Origin: a virus
Length of the DNA stretch: 33,987 nucleotides
Virus record (IMG/VR): IMGVR_UViG_3300045988_139943
Location: 1-33,987 of that record
Strand: one strand, 5' to 3'
Shown: positions 7,291 to 16,671 of the stretch, in pieces
How the letters are laid out: every line of letters starts with the position of its first letter
Position numbering within the stretch: the first letter of the stretch is position 1
The notes under the pieces: generated by a model
What the model was told of the DNA's origin: nothing
What the model saw: only the letters and a program-made list of their open reading frames with translations
The model's database searches: none
Made by a program: the position numbers and the translations under genes

Positions 7291-7720
7291 TTAAAATATA
7301 TTTGTCTGTCTGTTCTAAGCTGGCTAACTCGACCATATCACCTAAAGCCAGCTCGCATTTAAGAGCTAAAAGCTCCGTATTTATTGAGGTAATAGCGTCA
7401 GCCAGATAGCTTATAGCGTCTGGCATACTGCAGGGACTTCCACTCTGAGAGTGAGTCTCTGTAACACCTTTAGCACTCTCTAAACTAGAGGGGACATCAG
7501 AGCTTAACGCTCCAGATTTGTCGATATTACATCTAAATCTAAACCACTCAGAGACAAGTAACTCTATCCCCTCTGTTAGTAAGATAGCTCCGTCCTCCAG
7601 AGCAACTACTACAGGCTCTAACTGTTTAACTACACCAACAAGAGACGGTTTTAAATCCGTAGGGTTTTGACAATCTTTAAATTTTTTAGCTAAAAGCTGG
7701 GTTAAATCAGGTTTTGACAT
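7274..7720 (-). CDS. XkdR-like (DUF2577) tail protein.
   Basis: 148 aa. Gene order. Confidence 0.4.
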   Translation of the reverse strand: MSKPDLTQLLAKKFKDCQNPTDLKPSLVGVVKQLEPVVVALEDGAILLTEGIELLVSEWFRFRCNIDKSGALSSDVPSSLESAKGVTETHSQSGSPCSMPDAISYLADAITSINTELLALKCELALGDMVELASLEQTDKYILIDKVL

Positions 7721-8688
7721 TATAACTTACTCCTGTCATATTTAATCAGACTGACAGATACAGTCTCTTTTATTCCGTCGAGAGTATGACGGCTGGATTT
7801 TATTAAAAAATCTCCAGATAAAGACAATCTCTCGTTAATTACAGGCATGATTACGCCTTTGTGCATTTCATAATTCCCCAACGTTGTTAAATCTATTGTA
7901 GTTGTAAGCTGGTTAAGTTCAGCGAGCTTGCTTTTTGCTACTTTGCTCAGATTGTTTGTTTTGTCTGTGTCGACTTGTTCTATATGCTGGAGTAATCCGT
8001 ATTTTGAAATACTGCCAGAGTTACTAGCTATGATTTGTTTAGAAATTTTATCAGAGCCGTTATCCGTAACGATAACTCTATTTTTTAAATCTTCCATACT
8101 AACAGATATAGACGGAGATGTAATAGAGTCTATAGATTTGATAGCGGCCACGTCGTTTACAATTCCCCTCAGGTTTTCGTTTAGCTCGTATTTTTTTACG
8201 CTAAAACGACCGTCTTTACAGGTAAAATAATAGTAATTTTGTCCTGTTTTTGCTCTGTGTAGTTCTAAAAATTCTCTAAAAACATCAGCTAGTATTACAT
8301 TTTTATAGATTTTTTTAACAGTTGCACCCATTGAGGGGATAGAGCCTACAGGGATATTAAAATCTCTGCAAAGTGTTTTAAATGCGTCTGAGATTTGCAT
8401 ACCGTTAAACTGTTTAATGATAGAATTTTTATTTAAGTAAAATCCAAAATCATAACCAGCATACTGGAATTTGTTAGGCTCGTTCTGGGTATATTGAGAG
8501 ACAATACCTTTTAAAACTTCATTCTCTCCGTCGAGTAAAGCAAACGTAGAGCCTACTTTTATCTGTTCATCAGTTGTAAAACTTATGGTATTAGCGACAT
8601 TATCTAAATCGTCCGACCACTCAACAGGGCCGACGTGTGGTAATTTTTCGCCATTGATTAGTAGAGCTTTCATCTTATAATAATCCAT
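7720..8688 (-). CDS. XkdQ-like late control D / baseplate hub protein.
   Basis: The track ORF starts at 8727 but lies inside the upstream gene. The likely start is MDYYKMKALLING at 8688 (or MKAL at 8673), just past the upstream stop at 8675-8677. Confidence 0.5.
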   Translation of the reverse strand: MDYYKMKALLINGEKLPHVGPVEWSDDLDNVANTISFTTDEQIKVGSTFALLDGENEVLKGIVSQYTQNEPNKFQYAGYDFGFYLNKNSIIKQFNGMQISDAFKTLCRDFNIPVGSIPSMGATVKKIYKNVILADVFREFLELHRAKTGQNYYYFTCKDGRFSVKKYELNENLRGIVNDVAAIKSIDSITSPSISVSMEDLKNRVIVTDNGSDKISKQIIASNSGSISKYGLLQHIEQVDTDKTNNLSKVAKSKLAELNQLTTTIDLTTLGNYEMHKGVIMPVINERLSLSGDFLIKSSRHTLDGIKETVSVSLIKYDRSKL

Positions 8689-9187
8689 GTTTTTGTAGAG
8701 CTTTTTTAGCCTCCGACCTTTCGGCAAGCTCAGCGTAATAGTTTATGTTTCTTAATTTGTCGTTTAAAAATTCCCATTTGTCGTCTGGGTATTCCGTTAG
8801 CTCAATCGTGTAAGTATAGTCCCTCGCTCTGTCTTTTTTATAGACAAAAGAGTCTATAGACATAAGAGCGTTTAAATGAGTCTTAAATAATCTATCGGTT
8901 ATAACTACTCTTATTGGAAGTTTATTTTTTTTCATAGTTTCGTAAAATTTGATATAGTCGTAACCGTTAGCGAGACTCCCTATTTTTTGCCATGAATAAG
9001 ATTTAAAGACAGGAAAAATAGCCGTCCAACTGACTTTTTTTAATCCCTCCTCTCCGATTATTCTTATCGGCCCTGACATAGTCTCCATTGTCTCATTGTT
9101 CGCCTCTCCTCCGTATTCAATCTCAGAGGGGACATGGGGGAGTATATAAACCAACTCCCCTTTAATATCTGTAGTTACAATATTCAT
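8675..9187 (-). CDS. Tail protein in the XkdP position, function unknown.
   Basis: 170 aa. Sits between the tape measure gene and the baseplate hub gene. No clear LysM motif. Confidence 0.4.
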   Translation of the reverse strand: MNIVTTDIKGELVYILPHVPSEIEYGGEANNETMETMSGPIRIIGEEGLKKVSWTAIFPVFKSYSWQKIGSLANGYDYIKFYETMKKNKLPIRVVITDRLFKTHLNALMSIDSFVYKKDRARDYTYTIELTEYPDDKWEFLNDKLRNINYYAELAERSEAKKALQKHGLL

Positions 9188-9196
9188 AATTTAACC

Positions 9197-10837
9197 TCAT
9201 ACAGTAGCCAGAGCTGTACTTAATTCAAGAGCCAATTTTGTTTTAACTTGTTCTACAAAGTCGTCTATTCCAAAAATGTTCCCATGTATATGTAGCTCTA
9301 GTTTTATGTCTTTATTGTTGTTTAAAATTTGCTGTGTCTTAGGAGCTGGAGTAACCGAGTCCCCTTTTTTTAGGTTTATCAATTCTGGACCATATTCTCC
9401 GACAATAGCTGGGCCGCCTGTTGAGTAGCTAGTCCCTAAAGCGTGTTTTTTAGGTTTTTCAGAGTTTTTAGCCTCCAGATTAGCTCTTTTATCGTCTGCC
9501 CAATTTTTTACTTTGTCTCCGATACCTCTTAAACCTCCAGCCAACTGGACGGCTTTACCTACCCACTTACAGAGAGCCGTTAAACCTCTTATAACCAGTC
9601 CTATAGGAGTTATCCAACTTAGTAAAGTTGCTCCAAATTTTACAAAAGGGCCGATTTTATCCCAGACAGCTTTACTTACTGTTACTATAACCGTCCCCAG
9701 TAATTTTACGCACGCCCAGACGGCCTGTACACAGTTTCTAAATCCCTCAAATTTTTTATAAGCAAAGACAACCCCAGCGACAAGTACACCGATAGCTACG
9801 GCTATAGCTCCAATAGGGTTCATAAGCATTACAGCGTTCCATATTCCCTGAGCGGCCGTTACAAATTCTATAGCTTTCTGCAGGGTTGAGATTGTCTTAA
9901 CAACTCCTGTAATGATGTTAAAACTGGCAAAAGTTGAGACTAAACCAGAGGCTACACTAATAACCAGCTCCATATTTTCTGATAAAAATTTAAAAACACC
10001 TACAAGAGAGTCAAATATAGGAGTAACCGTAGCTTTAATTTTAGGGATATTCTCCGTAAATTTATCTGCGAAAGTTTGAATTACAGGCAAGAACTTTGAG
10101 CCGACATAAAGTCCTAAGCCATTCATAGACCTTTGTATCGTATCAAAAGTATCTTTCATTTTTACGGAGGCGTCTATAGCCTCGTCAGACATTACCATGC
10201 CTAAATCATTAGCTTTTTTACGGAGTCCGTCTACAGAGTCGGCTGACTGATTTAAAAGAGGTTTAAGCTCGATAGCTGATTTACCAAATAGCTTATTAGC
10301 CATAATAGCCTTTTCTGTAGGATTTTTCATACGCTGTAAAGCTCTTATCGTATCGTTAAATACGTCCTCTTGACCTCTCAGCTGTCCTCTGTTATTTTTT
10401 ACACTTACTCCGAGCTGTCTAAATAGTTTGACGCTTTCCTTAGAGCCTTTTTTAACTCCGTCCATTTGAGACGCTAATTTTTTATAACCCATTTGTAAAA
10501 CGTCGACATTACTACCATTCTGAGACATGATATAGTCCCACTCTTGATATGCTTTTCTTGACATACCGATTTTTTGAGACATTTTGTCGACATTGTCTCC
10601 AGCCTCAATAGTTCTATTGACAAGCTGTTGAGTCGCAAGAGCTACAGCACCTATAGCGGCCGTACATACGACAGAGGCTTTTTTTATACCCTCTCCGAGT
10701 TCCTTAGATAATTTTTTAGCTTGCGTATGTAATTTTTTAGCCTCTTTCTCTGTTATTCCCATTTTTTCGGCAACTTTAGAGAGTTGAGGACTGCATTTAT
10801 CTTTTAAGGCGAGTACGACGCCGATAGTTTTTCCCAT
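9197..10837 (-). CDS. Tail tape measure protein.
   Basis: 546 aa. Alpha-helical N-terminus with a long central hydrophobic/Gly-Ala-Val-rich segment. Follows the chaperone gene whose frameshift extension overlaps its start. Confidence 0.75.
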   Translation of the reverse strand: MGKTIGVVLALKDKCSPQLSKVAEKMGITEKEAKKLHTQAKKLSKELGEGIKKASVVCTAAIGAVALATQQLVNRTIEAGDNVDKMSQKIGMSRKAYQEWDYIMSQNGSNVDVLQMGYKKLASQMDGVKKGSKESVKLFRQLGVSVKNNRGQLRGQEDVFNDTIRALQRMKNPTEKAIMANKLFGKSAIELKPLLNQSADSVDGLRKKANDLGMVMSDEAIDASVKMKDTFDTIQRSMNGLGLYVGSKFLPVIQTFADKFTENIPKIKATVTPIFDSLVGVFKFLSENMELVISVASGLVSTFASFNIITGVVKTISTLQKAIEFVTAAQGIWNAVMLMNPIGAIAVAIGVLVAGVVFAYKKFEGFRNCVQAVWACVKLLGTVIVTVSKAVWDKIGPFVKFGATLLSWITPIGLVIRGLTALCKWVGKAVQLAGGLRGIGDKVKNWADDKRANLEAKNSEKPKKHALGTSYSTGGPAIVGEYGPELINLKKGDSVTPAPKTQQILNNNKDIKLELHIHGNIFGIDDFVEQVKTKLALELSTALATV

Positions 10838-10989
10838 TGTTTCGCTTGCTCCTCTTTTTCTGCTAAAAGAGAGGCCGCCATAAACAGCCTCTCATCTTCT
10901 GTCAGATTTAAAAGTTTTCTTAAATCGTGTCCTTTTTGTAGGTAATAATGAATAAAATAAAATTCATCATCACTCAAAATTACTTTTTT
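10804..10989 (-). CDS. -1 frame extension of the tail assembly chaperone (G/GT-like long isoform), 59 codons from the slippery site to the stop.
   Basis: The chaperone ORF ends ...gta aaa aag TAA. The heptamer A_AAA_AAG (+ strand 10983-10989) is a canonical -1 slippery site. The -1 frame is open from there: VILSDDEFYFIHYYLQKGHDLRKLLNLTEDERLFMAASLLAEKEEQAKQWEKLSASYSP*. It ends 30 nt inside the tape measure gene and has no start codon of its own. Confidence 0.6.
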   Translation of the reverse strand, partial: KKVILSDDEFYFIHYYLQKGHDLRKLLNLTEDERLFMAASLLAEKEEQAKQWEKLSASYSP

Positions 10990-11360
10990 ACTTTTTCTAG
11001 CCTATCTTGTGTAAATCCGTACTTTTTCAGGATTAAATTACCAAACTCAAAAATTTCAGCGTAATTATCCTCTAAAAGTTCACTAACCACGTCGTACGGT
11101 ATCTCACAGTCAAACTCTTTTAAAAGTTCTTTTTGTCTGAAAAAAGAGCAAGAGTTATATATCAACTGTTTATATTTTTCGTACTCTTCGTCGTCAGTTT
11201 TCATAATGTCCGTAATTACGCTAGGCTTAATTTTGTCGATTTTAAAATCTTTATCAAATATTTGAGAGTGAAATACAGAGTAATCCTCTTTTAATCCTTT
11301 TCTAGCCATAACATCTGACATAGTGATTAAATTGTCGTTTGCTTTTTCTTTTTTTGTCAT
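10980..11360 (-). CDS. Tail assembly chaperone (XkdN-like), short isoform.
   Basis: 126 aa, acidic. Lies between the tube gene and the tape measure gene. Slippery heptamer at its last two sense codons. Confidence 0.6.
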   Translation of the reverse strand: MTKKEKANDNLITMSDVMARKGLKEDYSVFHSQIFDKDFKIDKIKPSVITDIMKTDDEEYEKYKQLIYNSCSFFRQKELLKEFDCEIPYDVVSELLEDNYAEIFEFGNLILKKYGFTQDRLEKVKK

Positions 11361-11389
11361 AATAAAATACTCCTTATCTTAAAAATTTA

Positions 11390-11818
11390 TTATACTTTAG
11401 CTATCCACTTATAATCTTCGGCCGCATACGGTATCTCTTCCTTAGTAGTAGTCTTTTGTTCTAAGTTCATAAGGTCAGCCTCATTAAAAGTTACGCCTAT
11501 AACTTTGATAACTTCCATACGTTTAGTATTTTTGTTATAAGCCTTACCCATAAAGCTAATCTCTGGAGTATTTCCGTTTTTGTATTCCTCCATTATGTCG
11601 ATAATAGCGTGGTCTACTTTGAATTTTGTAAGAGTTCCTGTTAGTTCATACCCTACTACTCGCTTTTTCTTGCCTAAAAATTCAGCCTCGTCAATGTCCT
11701 CTATCTGGTTTGTTTGATGTAAGTTAAAGGTTTGAACACTACCTATAGGCGTCTCCTCGTTATCTGTAGACAACCATACTGAGCCATTAGTACCGTTAAA
11801 AATATCTGTACCTTTCAT
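11390..11818 (-). CDS. Tail tube protein (XkdM-like).
   Basis: 142 aa. Immediately downstream of the sheath gene. Confidence 0.6.
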   Translation of the reverse strand: MKGTDIFNGTNGSVWLSTDNEETPIGSVQTFNLHQTNQIEDIDEAEFLGKKKRVVGYELTGTLTKFKVDHAIIDIMEEYKNGNTPEISFMGKAYNKNTKRMEVIKVIGVTFNEADLMNLEQKTTTKEEIPYAAEDYKWIAKV

Positions 11819-11870
11819 AATTTTTTATCTCCTTTTGATTTTTAGTAATATCCAAAAAGTAGAGATGTTA

Positions 11871-12932
11871 TTAAAACATCTCTACAGTCATTTCCATACC
11901 CTCAATAGCGTCTAAAAATTTGACGTTTAATAAAGGATAAAACATATTTTTATATGTCGTTTCTTTGACGGTCTGGTCGTCCCAGCTGTCTACATCTTTT
12001 CCCTGAGCTTTCCATAATGCACGCTGTTTTGATACATTTATATCAACAGTATTATCATATCCGGGGTCAAATACTCCCAACTCTTCCAACTGCGTAATGT
12101 AATACTCAGCGGCCGCTAAAAATAAACATTGGTGGTTATAATCATTTTTGTATTTACCTTTGTAGCCAGTTCTAAAAGCGTAAATCATGTCCTCTTCGAC
12201 TCTTTTCATACCCTCTACAATCGCTATAGACTTCATATCCTCTGTGTATTCGTCGTCTGTAGAGGTTAGAGTATTTACAGGACTGGCAACTCTAACGCCC
12301 TCATCTTCATTGTATAGAGTAATTTGTCCGTATTCGATTGTATCTGGCAATACAACTGAGTCTAATTCCTTAAAAATTTTAAACGAGATAGACTTAGTAT
12401 AAGGACAGCCAGCTATTACGCCAACGACAATAGGTAATAAGTCCATGCCTGTAATCTCTGTTTTATTTTCATCAGACAAAGTCGCTGACGGATTATTTAC
12501 AGAGGCTACCCAGATACTATCGGTTTTTTGATTATAAACAAGTCCAAATTTTTTAGCCTCTTTACAATAGCTCGCTACTGTTGCCTGGTCTCCAGTTTCT
12601 AAGCTGATTAGCCAGTTCCAATTTATACGAGTCTTGATAATATCTTGAATACTCGCAAAAGTGTCTTTATATTCCAAAGTAATAACCTTAGACGCCCCAC
12701 CGTTAAAAATTTGTTTAATTTTCTTCTCTAATTCTGGCTGGTCAGGTAAGTCAAAGACAGCTGATTTATAAGTCGTTAGCCTATAAGTTGCGGCCTCTTC
12801 CAATTTTTCATTTTTTAGCGTAACCAATACAGCACCCTTAGAGCCTATCTTTATAAGAGTAGCGACTCTCTGCTTAAAAGCGACTGTAATAGACGCCATG
12901 ATGTCCTTTAATTCTAGCTCACTTTTCGCCAT
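11871..12932 (-). CDS. Contractile tail sheath protein (XkdK-like).
   Basis: 353 aa. Position before the tube gene. Sequence character matches sheath proteins. Confidence 0.65.
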   Translation of the reverse strand: MAKSELELKDIMASITVAFKQRVATLIKIGSKGAVLVTLKNEKLEEAATYRLTTYKSAVFDLPDQPELEKKIKQIFNGGASKVITLEYKDTFASIQDIIKTRINWNWLISLETGDQATVASYCKEAKKFGLVYNQKTDSIWVASVNNPSATLSDENKTEITGMDLLPIVVGVIAGCPYTKSISFKIFKELDSVVLPDTIEYGQITLYNEDEGVRVASPVNTLTSTDDEYTEDMKSIAIVEGMKRVEEDMIYAFRTGYKGKYKNDYNHQCLFLAAAEYYITQLEELGVFDPGYDNTVDINVSKQRALWKAQGKDVDSWDDQTVKETTYKNMFYPLLNVKFLDAIEGMEMTVEMF

Positions 12933-12957
12933 GATTTGTTCTCCTTTTTATTTGTAG

Positions 12958-13425
12958 TTAATTTACTGACTCTATATCCAGCTCCATATTTTCCATAATT
13001 TCGTTATTTTCACTTTCAAAGCGTTCAACGCCGAGAGGTTGGGTATGCTCAATATTAAGAGTTACCGTTAATATGTAGCTGTCCTCGTCCAGATTTGTAT
13101 TTATGCTATTGATTTCGACGTAGTTAATGTCCTCTTTATCGTCAAAAGCTACTACCGTTAGAGGCTTTTTAAAAATCTTTTTCAGTCCCTCTTTTACGGT
13201 TAATAAATCCTCCAGAGTCTCTTTTTTTGAGAAATAAATAACAGCGTAAGAGTATGTAGTAGTCTCATATTCCGACGCTGTTTGGTTTCCGTTATCCGTA
13301 ATAAGTTTTATGTAAAAACAGGGAGGACGTGGATTTTTAATATCTTTTGTCTGTACTTTTATCCCTTTAAAATTTTTAGATAAAATTTCTCTAATAGCTC
13401 TGTATATATCCATTGAGTCAATCAT
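12958..13425 (-). CDS. Tail completion / head-tail joining protein.
   Basis: 155 aa. Gene order between the HK97 gp10-like gene and the sheath gene. Confidence 0.35.
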   Translation of the reverse strand: MIDSMDIYRAIREILSKNFKGIKVQTKDIKNPRPPCFYIKLITDNGNQTASEYETTTYSYAVIYFSKKETLEDLLTVKEGLKKIFKKPLTVVAFDDKEDINYVEINSINTNLDEDSYILTVTLNIEHTQPLGVERFESENNEIMENMELDIESVN

Positions 13426-13426
13426 T

Positions 13427-13942
13427 TTAAAATTTTCCTCTTATCGTGTCGTCGACGTATTTAACCATGAATAATTCACAATCAGTTTTAAACTGAGGCT
13501 CAAACTCGACAGAGGCTATGTCATAGACATAAGCTCCCTGAGTGTAACTCGTAGCTTTTCTCTTGTCGTTTTTACGTCCCTCTCTTGTTGTAGGGCGTTT
13601 CTGTGTCTTAGGTATATTCAAGTGTCCGTATTCTACTAGGTGAGCGTGTGGGGAGCTGTTGTAGGCTCTACAGCAAGTATCACCGTCGTAATTGTATTTT
13701 TTACCGACTTTAAATTTTTTATGATAACTTTTCTCTGCTACCCAATTTTTCTTTTTGCCTTTAGACGTTCCGACTTCTTTACGAGCAACTTTTTTAGCAA
13801 CTTTGGACAAGCTCTGAGCCTCTTGTTTTACAAATTTCCCAGCCTCATTAGGGTAAACCTTAGCTATAGAGCGTAAAATATTTTTTTTAGCGTCGGAGAG
13901 TTGGTCGAACAAAAAACCCTCCTCAAACATTCCACTACCCAT
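13427..13942 (-). CDS. HK97 gp10-family head-tail joining protein.
   Basis: 171 aa. The ...PHAHLVEYGH... motif is typical of the HK97 gp10 family. Confidence 0.5.
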   Translation of the reverse strand: MGSGMFEEGFLFDQLSDAKKNILRSIAKVYPNEAGKFVKQEAQSLSKVAKKVARKEVGTSKGKKKNWVAEKSYHKKFKVGKKYNYDGDTCCRAYNSSPHAHLVEYGHLNIPKTQKRPTTREGRKNDKRKATSYTQGAYVYDIASVEFEPQFKTDCELFMVKYVDDTIRGKF

Positions 13943-13945
13943 ACG

Positions 13946-14287
13946 TTAATAGTCCTTTTCATTAGTAAATACTTGTAATGTCTCGTGCCTGTTCCCCTCG
14001 TCCAGAGTATATAATACGTTGTATTTTTTACCGTCGTATTCTATCCAGTTTTTATCTGGGACCAGGTCTGGAAAATCAAAATAGGGATATGTAAATTTTT
14101 GAGTTGTTTGAGCGAGAACACTATCAGCTTGACGACCTGTTAAGAGTCCTCCTCCTCTAAATTCAAGTTTTGCGAAAACTCCAGCAACTTTTACGGCTTT
14201 TTCTGGAGTGTCTCCCATACGGTTAGTCTCCTCAGCCTCTTTGTTTTCCCATATTTCGATAAAATGTCTGTATTCGCCTCTATTCAT
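13946..14287 (-). CDS. Head closure / head-tail adaptor protein.
   Basis: 113 aa. Position after the gp6-like connector gene. Confidence 0.45.
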   Translation of the reverse strand: MNRGEYRHFIEIWENKEAEETNRMGDTPEKAVKVAGVFAKLEFRGGGLLTGRQADSVLAQTTQKFTYPYFDFPDLVPDKNWIEYDGKKYNVLYTLDEGNRHETLQVFTNEKDY

Positions 14288-14564
14288 TTTTTACGGCCCT
14301 CATTCCAATATGTTTAATTAAGCCGTCCAACGTATAAGGGACTGTAACGGCTGATTTTTCACTAAACGACTCTCTTTTATCGTAAAAATGAGCTACTGCC
14401 TGTAAAATTGCCATTTTATAGACTTTGTCCTCATCAGAGTATTTTACTCCTGTCTGTTCTTCTATAAGTTGCTCAGACATTTTTACAAGCTCATTGATAT
14501 AAGTGTCGTCCTGAGTGTGCGAAATTCTTAAATATTGCTTAACCTCTGATAATTCTATAGTCAT
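14280..14564 (-). CDS. gp6-like head-tail connector (DNA packaging) protein.
   Basis: 94 aa. N-terminal LSEVKQYLRI...D..I..L character typical of Phage_connect_1. Confidence 0.55.
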   Translation of the reverse strand: MTIELSEVKQYLRISHTQDDTYINELVKMSEQLIEEQTGVKYSDEDKVYKMAILQAVAHFYDKRESFSEKSAVTVPYTLDGLIKHIGMRAVKNE

Positions 14565-14582
14565 TTTTTAAAATCCTTTATG

Positions 14583-14629
14583 TTTTAAAAAGAGGCTAAA
14601 AACAGGATTATAAAACCCTGTCTAGCCTC
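14583..14629 (-). terminator. Rho-independent terminator/attenuator downstream of the capsid gene region.
   Basis: On the - strand: GAGGCTAgaCAGGGttttataatCCTGttttTAGCCTC followed by tttttaaaaca. Confidence 0.5.
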
Positions 14630-14645
14630 TCCTCTTATCATTCAA

Positions 14646-14908
14646 TTAGGCTGTAATCTTTTCCAGCATTTCAGCCACTATATCAGCTTTAACAGTTGCC
14701 TCTAAAGTTAGTCCGTAGACCTCAGACGCTACGGCTTGCAACTGAGCTACGGTCAACTTATTAAGTAAGGTTTCTGTCATAGTTTGATTTTTAATAAGTT
14801 GTTTTAAATCATCAGTTGTAGCCGTTTCCTCGTAGCTGATACCTAAACGAGTACATACGTCTTTATAGTCTGTGGTCGAACTAACTACGCTGACTTTTTT
14901 TTTACAGC
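14646..14908 (-). CDS. -1 frame C-terminal extension of the major capsid protein: 81 aa with two HeH/Rho-N-like motifs and no start codon of its own.
   Basis: The capsid ORF ends ...gct gta aaa aaa aag tca gcg TAG. This contains an A9 run (+ strand T9 at 14895-14903). The -1 frame is open from inside the A-run to TAA at 14646-14648: ...KKKVSVVSSTTDYKDVCTRLGISYEETATTDDLKQLIKNQTMTETLLNKLTVAQLQAVASEVYGLTLEATVKADIVAEMLEKITA*. Confidence 0.55.
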
Positions 14909-16033
14909 AAAAGCCTCATTTAAAGCTGGTTTACCGTCGCATAGTGCTAAAGCTCTATAGCAAGTTTTAGCCGATTTAAAGCCGACAGAGGTATCTTTAG
15001 CAATTTCAAACGCTTTAACAAAGTTAAAGTAGTAATATTCAAAATCACCAAAAATAATAGCACCGTCTGGGACATTATCGTAAACTACGACAGGCTTACC
15101 AGATAAAGTAGGTACGTTTTTGTCGGACTCATCTTTAAAAATTGGTTTACCATTGTTGTCTTTAATTTTTTCAACTGTACCAAGAGTATTAGTTGACATT
15201 ACAAAACGAGCATTTTGGTAATATCCACTTTTTAATCCTCTCTTTAAATCGATAATATCGTCATACGTCCAATTTTCGCCAGCTGTTGTCGTAATTTCAT
15301 TTTTCAACGCTGTCAAGATACCTAAACCCTGTTTAGTGCCTGTACCGTTGATAATTGAGTAGTCAATCGCTCTACGAGCTTTACGAGCTAACATAGCAAC
15401 GATAAAAGACTCAAAAGCGTCAATAGACATAGCCTCTAAATGAGCTGTAATCTCAATATTTTTGATAAGCTCCATAGCTGTAAGTGATACTGAGCCGATT
15501 TTATCGTCAGAGTCGTTACCACTAGCACCCTCATCTACCCAGTTAAAGTCCTCTGTTTCACCCTCTACAGGAATTTTTACATTAGACGGAATAGCAAAAG
15601 AGAATACTAAAGGATAAATAACGCCTTGCTGTTCTAATTTTTCTACAATTTTATTCATAGTCAAAGTAGGAATAACAGCACCTACAGAACTCTCAGCCGT
15701 TGTCATAGCTCTTTTTTCTACGTCGCTTAAAATTTTTCCCTGTAAGTTTCTTAAAAAGGCTGTCCTATACTCTTCTGAGTCGATTACGTTCTCTGGGGTA
15801 AACTGTTTTTCTTTACCTCTTTCCTCTGTACCTGCAGGGGTAACGATAGCGTGTCCTCTTTCCTCTACTTCGTCAGCTAGTTTCATTCGCTTATTGATGT
15901 CGTCCTCTTCTGTTTTAAGAGCGTCCACCTCTGCGATAGCTTTGTCTAGCTCATCTCCAGAAAGTGTGTTGAGGGAGTTTCTTAACTCAGCCTTACGTTT
16001 TTGAATTTCTAACAATCTTTTAAGTGGGTCCAT
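14885..16033 (-). CDS. Major capsid protein (HK97 fold) with an N-terminal coiled-coil delta/scaffold domain.
   Basis: 382 aa. N-terminal coiled coil, then a typical Phage_capsid-like body. Follows the prohead protease gene. Confidence 0.75.
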   Translation of the reverse strand: MDPLKRLLEIQKRKAELRNSLNTLSGDELDKAIAEVDALKTEEDDINKRMKLADEVEERGHAIVTPAGTEERGKEKQFTPENVIDSEEYRTAFLRNLQGKILSDVEKRAMTTAESSVGAVIPTLTMNKIVEKLEQQGVIYPLVFSFAIPSNVKIPVEGETEDFNWVDEGASGNDSDDKIGSVSLTAMELIKNIEITAHLEAMSIDAFESFIVAMLARKARRAIDYSIINGTGTKQGLGILTALKNEITTTAGENWTYDDIIDLKRGLKSGYYQNARFVMSTNTLGTVEKIKDNNGKPIFKDESDKNVPTLSGKPVVVYDNVPDGAIIFGDFEYYYFNFVKAFEIAKDTSVGFKSAKTCYRALALCDGKPALNEAFAVKKKSA

Positions 16034-16080
16034 GATTTTTTCTCCTTTTTAAATTAAGTAATACAATTTTTTGTTTATTT

Positions 16081-16671
16081 TTATAGCGACAGTTTGAGTA
16101 TTGCTCTCTTACGCTGGTTTTCTCTCTCCAGAGTTTTATATTTCTCGTCCTCCGACTTAAAATAATTCCTAGCCGATACGTCCGTATCGTCGTAAGCTGG
16201 TATGTCAACTATAGAAACGTCAAATAGCTTGCCGATTTTTTTAATCGTTCTGGTATGAGTTGAGCTGTCGTATTCCTCCTCCTCAACAGTAAAAGCAAAG
16301 GAGCATTTATCGAGTCCCCCACCTTTAACCAGAGCGTAAACATCACGAGCCACGCTCGTATCAAATAAATTAGCGTCCCATTTTAGACCTATATCATCAA
16401 GAGAGAGGATTAAACTACCTCCTCTATATCTCGCTAAGATTGGTATATCGTTAGAGTGATTGTATTTTAGACAACAGTCTTTCATATCCGTATTGTCAAA
16501 AGCTCCTCTAGCTATAACCTCTTTGTATTCGACTCCGTTATATTCCCAGAGAACAGTAGGACTGTCATAAACGGCCGCATGCCCTGATAATTTCATAGAG
16601 TCGTTGTCTGTATTTGCTGTCAGGTCTCTTAATTCGACCTGTCTTACTTGTTTAGGTTTTAATTTGCTCAT
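16081..16671 (-). CDS. Prohead protease (HK97 family).
   Basis: The likely start is MSKLKPKQVRQVEL at 16671, preceded by GGAGA. The track ORF begins earlier, inside the portal gene. HAAVYDSP...-type body. Confidence 0.6.
   Translation of the reverse strand: MSKLKPKQVRQVELRDLTANTDNDSMKLSGHAAVYDSPTVLWEYNGVEYKEVIARGAFDNTDMKDCCLKYNHSNDIPILARYRGGSLILSLDDIGLKWDANLFDTSVARDVYALVKGGGLDKCSFAFTVEEEEYDSSTHTRTIKKIGKLFDVSIVDIPAYDDTDVSARNYFKSEDEKYKTLERENQRKRAILKLSL

Noticed and set aside
16020-16208. 62-aa - strand ORF and the long N-terminal extension of the 229-aa protease ORF.
   Set aside because: Both overlap the portal 3' end and protease region in other frames. The protease most likely starts at MSKLKPKQ (16671), which has a GGAGA RBS.
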